Of a stretch of DNA of 20,000 nucleotides, positions 1 to 7,006 are shown piece by piece. The DNA is taken from assembly GCA_001724265.1 (NCBI GenBank), contig MEDY01000147.1, forward strand, positions 46,378 through 66,377, read 5' to 3'. The position numbers were made by a program, and so were the translations under genes. A model generated the notes under the pieces. That model did no database searches. It was not told the DNA's origin and was given only the letters and a program-made list of their open reading frames with translations. Source of the DNA: Rhizaria sp. SCN 62-66. Taxonomy: Eukaryota. Numbering within the stretch: the first letter of the stretch is position 1; every line of letters starts with the position of its first letter.

Positions 1-462
1 GGTTGTGCTTCTTCGTCTTGGCCTTGCTCTTCTCACTACTTGCATTTGCACTGACACTCATACTGTCATCGCCGTCGTCATCATCGCTGTCGCCGTCGTC
101 ATCGCTATCGGCATCATCAGTGACTGTGGCAGCCTTCCGGTCCCGTTTCTTTCTCTTGAGCATGCGCGTATAGTCACTGTCGTCGCCATCATCGTCGCCG
201 TCATCGTCCAGCGAGGCCTCCTCCTCGTCTTCTTCCTCATTAAACCGATCACTGCTGTCGCCCTCGTAGCCATCGCCCTCCGCGCCGTCGCCCTCGACTC
301 CCCAGTGCGAGTCGTCCCCGACGTCGCCCATGTCGTCGTCGCTGTCGCCAGTGTAGCCGTCGTAGTCAGCGCCGTCGTCGACGATGAAGTCATCGACGTC
401 ATCGTCGCCACCGCCGCCCCCGCGCTTCTTGCCGTTGCCGCTGCCCGTACTCGCACCCGCAC

Positions 463-496
<34 letters not shown>

Positions 497-1114
497 GCCG
501 CCAGCATCAGCGCCAGCGCTGTTTGCGTAGCCTTCGTCGTCGGCGGCAGTCAGCACGAGCTCCAGCGGCATCACGGGCGGGTAGCTGGCCTCGGCGTCAG
601 CCTCGGTCAGCGCCACGCGCACGCGCTTGTTGCTGGCGCTGGTGTTGTGGTGATGTACGGGCCGGTGCGAGTCAATGCAGTAGACGTTGACATTGGCGCG
701 CGCGCGGTGCTTGAGTTGCAGCAGCGCCTCCAGGTCAGCGCCGGCGCCGCAGTCAAGCAGGACGATGCTAACAGCGGGCGCGTCGAGGTCGCCGTCGTCC
801 TCATCGTCGTCGTTGCCGTGCGCGAGCGATGACGAGGAGGACGACGATGAGTAGATCGAGCGAGAGGCTCTTGACTTGGGGGCGGGCACAGGGCCCACAA
901 AGGCGTCCGTTGCGACAACCATGTCCTGGTAACCGGACACGGGAACGACAGCGTAAGCGATGCAGTCACTCTCAAGCAGGCCGACGAGCATTTGGTAAGA
1001 GCAGAGCCCATCGATGGTGTTAGCGGGGAGGATGAGGATGCGGTGCTTTCGCTTGCGGAAGTCGAGCCGAATCGACGGGTAGAGTAACTTCAGGTGGTTG
1101 TGAGGAATCAACAT
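1..1114 (-). CDS. CDC45: Cell division control protein 45 (CMG helicase cofactor), N-terminal part; continues beyond the left edge
   Basis: Hand translation from ATG 1114 (minus) stays open to position 1: MLIPHNHLKLLYPSIRLDFRKRKHRILILPANTIDGLCSYQMLVGLLESDCIAYAVVPVSGYQDM...SIVLLDCGAGADLEALL...VYCIDSHRPVHHHN..., then a long D/E/G-rich loop with basic patches. It matches the recalled Cdc45 motifs DALC, VPVSG, NCG and DxHRP. Probably missing from the ORF track because there is no stop in the window. Confidence 0.93.
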
Positions 1115-2762
1115 CGTGACTAGAGTAAACGAGACACGAGATCGCGCGCGGAGAGTGCGGAAAGGCGCGGGGCGGCGACGGCGAGCGCGCGCGAGTGCGG
1201 CTTGTGTAGAGGAACGAGCAGACGGACGAGAAGTCTTCAAGAAAGGTGTGTTTCCAAGCGTGGTACGCTGTCCCAGAAGAAGATAGGCTGCGTAATAATA
1301 TAAACACAAATTTTGTTTGTGGGCGAGGTGTTGTGACAAAAAAATAGAGATATGATCAAGTACAAGCCGATGGTTTATCACAGAGTATGGTGGGCGCATG
1401 AGGGTTAGTTAAGAGGGTATCTTAAGATGAGATTTCGGGGGATATTTGTTCTTTAGAGCAAAATATATTTCAATTAAATGATAGAAAAGCAAGATGTCTG
1501 CGACGACAGCGTATCAAATGGCAGTTCCACGATAAAGCCACGATGATTTCTATAGCCGCGATAGGGCTTCAACTTGGCGCCATTTCGCTCACACCAGCGG
1601 CCTGATGTGAGGTCCAGTTGTTGTCGGCAAGCAGTATGATTGTCACTTCATAGCATCGTCCATTTATTCTGTTTTAATCGCAGTGGTATGTGATAGCCAG
1701 CAGTAATGGCAATCAGTGTACGTTACAACGGTGTTAAGTAAACATCATTATGTATTACAATGCGTTTTGTGTGAGTTGACGTGAGTCTTGATTTACAACG
1801 ACGGACAGGCCACAGTTGAGTTAACATTACATAGTTAACATTACATGTACTATAGCAGAGAGAATACAAACATCTAGAGAGAGAATATACCATATTATCT
1901 AAAGAGAAAAGCGAAAAGAACATATACGAAGGAAAAAAAGAAAGAAGAAGATAGAGGGCAAGAGAGCGGGCGAGCGAGAGAGAGAGGAGGTGGAGAAAGC
2001 ACAAGAGACAGGGATACGGAGAGTGGTGAAGTAAGCTGAAGCCACAGTCCTGTGCGATGACGTGCTATGCGGCGTTGTTGTGTAATGCTGCGCTGCGTGA
2101 GATCGTGCCACGGTACGTTGTGTCAAGTACAACAAGTCAGGTCGAGTCTAGCGAGACTAAACACGATAAATTGCATTTCACGCAATTTGAGGCAGTAGCA
2201 GGAGCAACACCAACAACAATAACATCACAACAGCGTCAGTATCACTTAAAAACGACAACAACAAAGTGGATGCAGTGACAAACAATGCGACAATGGTGGC
2301 AACAACGATGAAGCCAATTTTAAACACGAACATTGACAACAACAGGAGGCGACAACAACAAAATCAACGGTCAGCGTGGTAGTGGTTGAGTAAACAGAGA
2401 GAAAGATATACATATTGTTGTGTGTCCCAGAAAGAAATGATCATTGTTTTTTGTTCATCGTTCACTGTAACTATTGAGCGAGTGGGGGTATTGTTGCAAG
2501 TTATGATAGATTGAGATTGGTTATGAAAAAGAGAGAGGAAAAAAAAGAAGAATAAGAAGCAAATCAGTTGATTTCATCCAAATTCGGTACGGAAGCTGTG
2601 TGGCTGAATGAATCAAGAAGTGAAGACGCAAGAATGGAAGTATAGAAATGAACAACTCACGAGAGAGGAGTGCGCAGACGCGTTAAGGTCAAACACGACG
2701 CGACGCAATCATAACAACAGCCAACAGTGTTTCCGCTGCTGGTTGCGTTTGTGTTGACAGGC

Positions 2763-2803
2763 TTACCGGCTGACCTGCGCAAACTGTCCCTGCTGCTGCT
2801 GCC

Positions 2804-2840
<37 letters not shown>

Positions 2841-4001
2841 GTAGTCGGCGGCGCCGCCGCTCTGGTGCACTGCGGGGGCCCCGGGCGCGGGCGCGCCGGC
2901 CGCCGCGGCCGCCGCGGGGACGTTGCCGCCGGCCTGCTGTTGCTGCTGCTGCTGGGCCGCGGTGGAGGCGCGGCGCGGGCGGCGCTTGAGGTCGGCGAAG
3001 AAGGGGTGAGAGAGCGCGGCCTCGGCCGTGATGCGCTTCGAGGGGTCCATGTGGAGCAGCGCAGCGAGCAGGTGCAGTCCGTCGGCGTCGCCCTCGAGGC
3101 GCGGCACCAGCACGTGCAGCGGCGTCGGCTTGACCGAGGCCGAGCCGGGCGGGAACGAGGCCGCGTAGAGGGGCAGGTTGACGGCGTTAGGCCAGTCGTG
3201 GTGGTCCGGGGTGCCCATGAGCTCGGTGATGCACTCGAGCTGCTTCGCGTCCGTAGCGCCTATGATGGGGAAAAATGAGAGAGAACGAGGGACAGGAAGA
3301 AGAGACTCAGTGAGAGACATGTTCATAAAGCAATACGTCACTAGTGCAAGAATACATGAGGATCTTGCGTGCGATGTTTAGCAGAGGAACGTACCGGGGA
3401 AGAGCGGCGAGCCGTTGACCATCTCGGCGAAGATGCATCCGACGGACCAGAGGTCGACCTCGGTGGAGTAGTCGACCTCGCCCAGCAGCAGCTCGGGGCC
3501 GCGATACCACACCGTGATGATCTCGTGCTTGAGCGCGCTAACGTCCATGGCGAAGGAGCGCGCGAGCCCGAAGTCGGCGAGCTTGAGGATGCCCGAGCGG
3601 TTCAGCAGCAGGTTCGCGGGCTTGAGGTCGCGGTGCAGCACCTTCTGCTTGTGGCAGAAGGCGAGGCCCTGGAGCAGCTGGTAGAGCAGGGACTTGACTG
3701 TGATGATGTCGAGGCCGGCATTGCAGGCGTCGAGGTACTTCTTGAGGTCGAACTCAAGGTACTCGAAGACCATGGTGAGCTTGTCCATCATGTGAATCAC
3801 GTCGTGCATCACCACAATGTTCTGGTGCTTAAGGAACTTGAGCAGGGCGATCTCACGAATCGCCGTGGAGGGGATGCCTTCCTCTTCGATGAGGCTGATC
3901 GTCTTGAGGGCGACAGACTCGGATGTCTTTTTGTCCTTGGCCTTGTAGACGACGCCGTAGGTGCCCTTGCCGACACGGTCGAGAACTTGGTAGCGGTCCA
4001 T
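2763..4001 (-). CDS. PSTAIRE cyclin-dependent kinase (CDK1/2/5, Pho85/Crp-like), ~367 aa; exons 4001-3395 and 3259-2763
   Basis: Motifs [35 protein letters not shown] and [12 protein letters not shown]. The intron 3394-3260 (GTACGT...CATAG) joins LFPG to ATDAKQL in frame; then [16 protein letters not shown], a poly-Q tail and a TAA stop. Confidence 0.95.
2801..2953 (-). repeat. Coding (CAG)n tracts giving poly-Gln in the CDK C-terminal tail
   Basis: (CTG)n runs on the plus strand at ~2805-2837 and ~2934-2953 translate to poly-Q on the minus strand. Confidence 0.85.
3260..3394 (-). other. Spliceosomal intron, 135 bp, phase 1 (CDK)
   Basis: Donor GTACGT, pyrimidine tract and TAG acceptor; removal restores the kinase C-lobe reading frame. 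Confidence 0.92.
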
Positions 4002-4580
4002 ACTGACTTTCCAAGAACAATAGATAAGATAGATAGATTAGATGTACTGCGGCGGTCAACGAGGCAACGGATGAGCGAGCGCACGGAGGACTATGCTGTG
4101 CAGTGCTGTGCTAAGCTGTGAGTGTGTGTGGTGTGTGCGCGGGAGCGGGTGTGCGGCGCGCAGGAGACTAGAGAAAGGCAAAACGCGCGGTGAGGTGCGA
4201 GGGCGAGCAAGGCCGACAGCTGGCTGCTCGGCGGCGGCGGTTGTGGAAATAGTTTGGGAAACGGGTGAGTGTGTTGGTGCTCACTAAGAGTGGGCGGCGC
4301 GAGGTCAAAAGAAGCGACTACGACTCAGCGGAGGAAGTGGGCGCACGCAAAAGAGATGGGAAAACGCTGGGTAGGCAAAAAGACGACGGGCGGGGTTAGG
4401 CGCGCACGCGAGAGAGAGAGGGAGTGAAGGCTGTTTGGAATGAAAAAAGAGGACAGGAGGGGGCGGATGGGTATGAGAAAAGCGTGCTAGGGAGGCGATA
4501 GTATTTTGTTTTGCCAATGTAACACAATAAACAAAAACCTCAACTCGGGGAGTATCTAATAATACGGCTGCTGCATTGCT

Positions 4581-4869
4581 TCGCGGTCGGAGCGGCGCAC
4601 ATATCCGACCCGCGAGACGTTCAGAGCGATGCCACTGGGCCTTGAGAGGTGCTCAAAGGGCGACGGGGCCCAGCAAGCCCGCCTCTGCGCAGGATGCAAC
4701 CGGCCCATAGCAACAGTGTAAACAAGCACAAAACAAGACCCATGTGCGCGGAAAACGGTTTCGCCGGGCTTGGCAGGCGTGCAAACAGGCCCAGTCAGGG
4801 GTGCATGAGCAAACTCGGCTCTCTGAGCCGACCAATTCTCAGCCCGCTCTGGGCGCCGGATATGCGCGC
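4581..4869. repeat. Imperfect nested inverted repeat (fold-back element) in the divergent CDK/Cgr1 intergenic region
   Basis: Colinear complementary blocks: 4595-4609 with 4855-4869, 4622-4629 with 4844-4851, 4634-4642 with 4787-4795, and 4674-4681 with 4765-4772; there is also a hairpin 4815-4831. Confidence 0.6.
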
Positions 4870-5244
4870 TTAACGCCAAAAACGACACCCATAACTACAA
4901 TAGTGCACAGGCAGCACCAAACGCGGGCCCAGAAGTGACCCACACAATCATATGCAACGCAATAAGAGTTTCCGAATCAGCCTCGTGTAGAGTCGAGACA
5001 GACAGGGCTGGCAGCGGCGGCCTAATTTGTCTCCCACAGTCGTCGGTGTGGAAGTGACCAAGCACACAGCTGGCCCCACCACAGCCACAGAGGAGGCATC
5101 AGAAGCCATCTCGTGCGACATTGTCTGACCGTCGTTGCGCCTATAATTTTACCCCGAAGCTTTTTCATCGTTATTCACATCTGTTTATTATTTTACATTC
5201 TCACTATTTGCCTTCCTCGTGTGTCCACGCCAGAACAGCGCACC

Positions 5245-6224
5245 ATGGTACGTACAATCGCCCACTTCGACTAGCCCGCATTTCCGCCTTGCGCACCGCC
5301 CTCTATTTTTATTTCTCATTAAAACCTCAACAACCCGTAGCTTATTTTTAATATCTCACCGGATCATCTTGTTTCTGTTTCTCACGCTGCTCTTCTTGGC
5401 CTCGAACTCGATATGCATCAACACAGGGTATCACCAAGCGCAACCGCCCCATGCCGCAGGAGTCGAAGCGCGTGCGCATCCTGACGCGCGTCACCGAGGA
5501 GTACAACGCCGCCGAGGCCGCGGCCAACCCCCGCGTTGGCTTTACCGCCGAGGACGCTCCCACCGAGACCACCGCGCTCGTCTCCCTCTCCAAGCCTGTC
5601 GTACGTCACCGTTTCACCTCTCCTCATGGCACTTTCTCTATTCGTCGTCATCTTTCTCTCGAAGCCGATCATTATTCTTCATGAAGTTGCACATGTGTTT
5701 TAATTATGTCGTGATGTACTGTAGAACTGTGAAATTATCCCGTCAAGCCATATTATTTCCATCTATATCACTCTTTGTATTTCCGTCACGTTCCTTTGAC
5801 ATGACATCACTCGGTCGGACTCACTCTTGCTCTTATCCGTTTCTGCTCATTTGCATTTACTCCACAGAGCACGCTGGACATCAACTCCACGGGCTCGGTC
5901 CGCGGCGTTCGCGTTTCTGGTAACACCTCCAAGCGCCTCCGCAAGCGCTTCAGCTCGCTCGTGGTCAAGAACAAGCTCATGACGTCGTCCTACGCCAAGC
6001 GCGTGGCCGAGCGCGAGGCGCGCGACCGCATCAAGGTCGAGCAGGCGAAGCTCAACGAGATGTCGGAGGCCATCAAGGATGCGGAGCGCCGTCGCCACAA
6101 GCAGAAGGAGGAGGCGCGCGCCGAGCGCATCAAGGCCCAGAACGCCGCCACGGGCCAGAAGCTCTCGCTTAAGACCCTCAAGAAGCTGACGCCCAAGCAG
6201 CTCAAGAAGCTCCACCGCATGTAA
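5245..6224 (+). CDS. CGR1: Cgr1/CCDC86-family basic coiled-coil nucleolar rRNA-processing protein, ~177 aa; exons 5245-5247, 5427-5600, 5868-6224
   Basis: The spliced product reads MGITKRNRPMPQESKRVR...GVRVSGNTSKRLRKRFSSLVVKNKLMTSSYAKRVAEREARDRIKVEQAKL...LKKLTPKQLKKLHRM. This fits the recalled Cgr1/CCDC86 pattern (SG..K...RFS, then a charged coil, then KxxKKQ). Both introns are GTACGT...CAG and phase 0. Confidence 0.72.
5248..5426 (+). other. Intron directly after the start codon, 179 bp
   Basis: CACC-ATG|GTACGT...ACACAG|GGT ATC ACC AAG; the downstream exon is in frame with ATG 5451. Confidence 0.75.
5601..5867 (+). other. Intron, 267 bp, phase 0 (Cgr1-like gene)
   Basis: GTC|GTACGT...TCCACAG|AGC; AT-rich; joins two GC3-rich frames. 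Confidence 0.88.
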
Positions 6225-6305
6225 GGCCGCCGCGCTCTTTATGATTGGCAGTGCCCGTGCGAATGCCACTACACATATCAGTGCAGCTATGGTGCGACCG
6301 CAAGG

Positions 6306-6325
6306 ATCGATAGACGTCTATCGAT
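6306..6325. repeat. Perfect 20-bp palindrome ATCGATAGACGTCTATCGAT
   Basis: The sequence equals its own reverse complement; ATCGATCGAT follows at 6328-6337. Confidence 0.85.
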
Positions 6326-7006
6326 TGATCGATCGATAAAGGCGACGTATCGAGCTGGGGCCAGCCGCAGGTGCTGTGACAAACGCACTGAGGTTTCAGT
6401 GAAGGTTTGATTTTACACATCAGAAACATGGACACACAATATGACGTCTGATAGCACACTGTACACGTTCAAGCACACGAGCAGAGCTCTGGCTCACTGC
6501 ACATGCAGTAGCGCTTGTATTGCTTGTTGTGAGACAACTCCAATTCATGTTTCTGAGGTTATAGTTACTCTAGTTTTCTTCTTTTAGCGAATAAATTTCA
6601 CGCTGTTGTTACATTCACACCATGTGTATCGCATTTCACGAAGAGTCTAAATCCCTTTACTCGGCAGGACAACGAAATGACTATAGGCAGGATCGTTTCA
6701 AAGCACAAAAAGATTTAAAGATGTTAAAGATGTCGCATTAGCCATTGTATTTAATGTAGCTGTATTGTAAGTAGTAGTATAGTACTGGCTGTACCGCGAG
6801 GACACGAGCAGAAACGGTAACATTGCTGTTGTAATTTCGATGCCACGTCTTTTGCACGTACACAGACACAAGACACACTGCAAGCAAGGTAGGTGAGATA
6901 TACCCCCCAATTAGTTCAAAATCCTCACCATCGACAGACCTCAACACAAAACCAACCTAAGCTTTCGCTTTCGCCGTCTAGAGTTTCAAGCTTTTTGATT
7001 TAGAAC

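Noticed and set aside
5-1011. Track ORFs 5..832(+), 58..507(-) and 607..1011(-, MGSALTKC, myristoylation-like start)
   Set aside because: These are antisense or alternate-frame shadows of CDC45; the third minus frame carries the conserved motifs.
4830-4850. CCAATTCTCAGCCC resembling the 3' ends of RNase P/MRP RNAs
   Set aside because: No matching CR-I/P4 partner was found upstream, so no family assignment is made.
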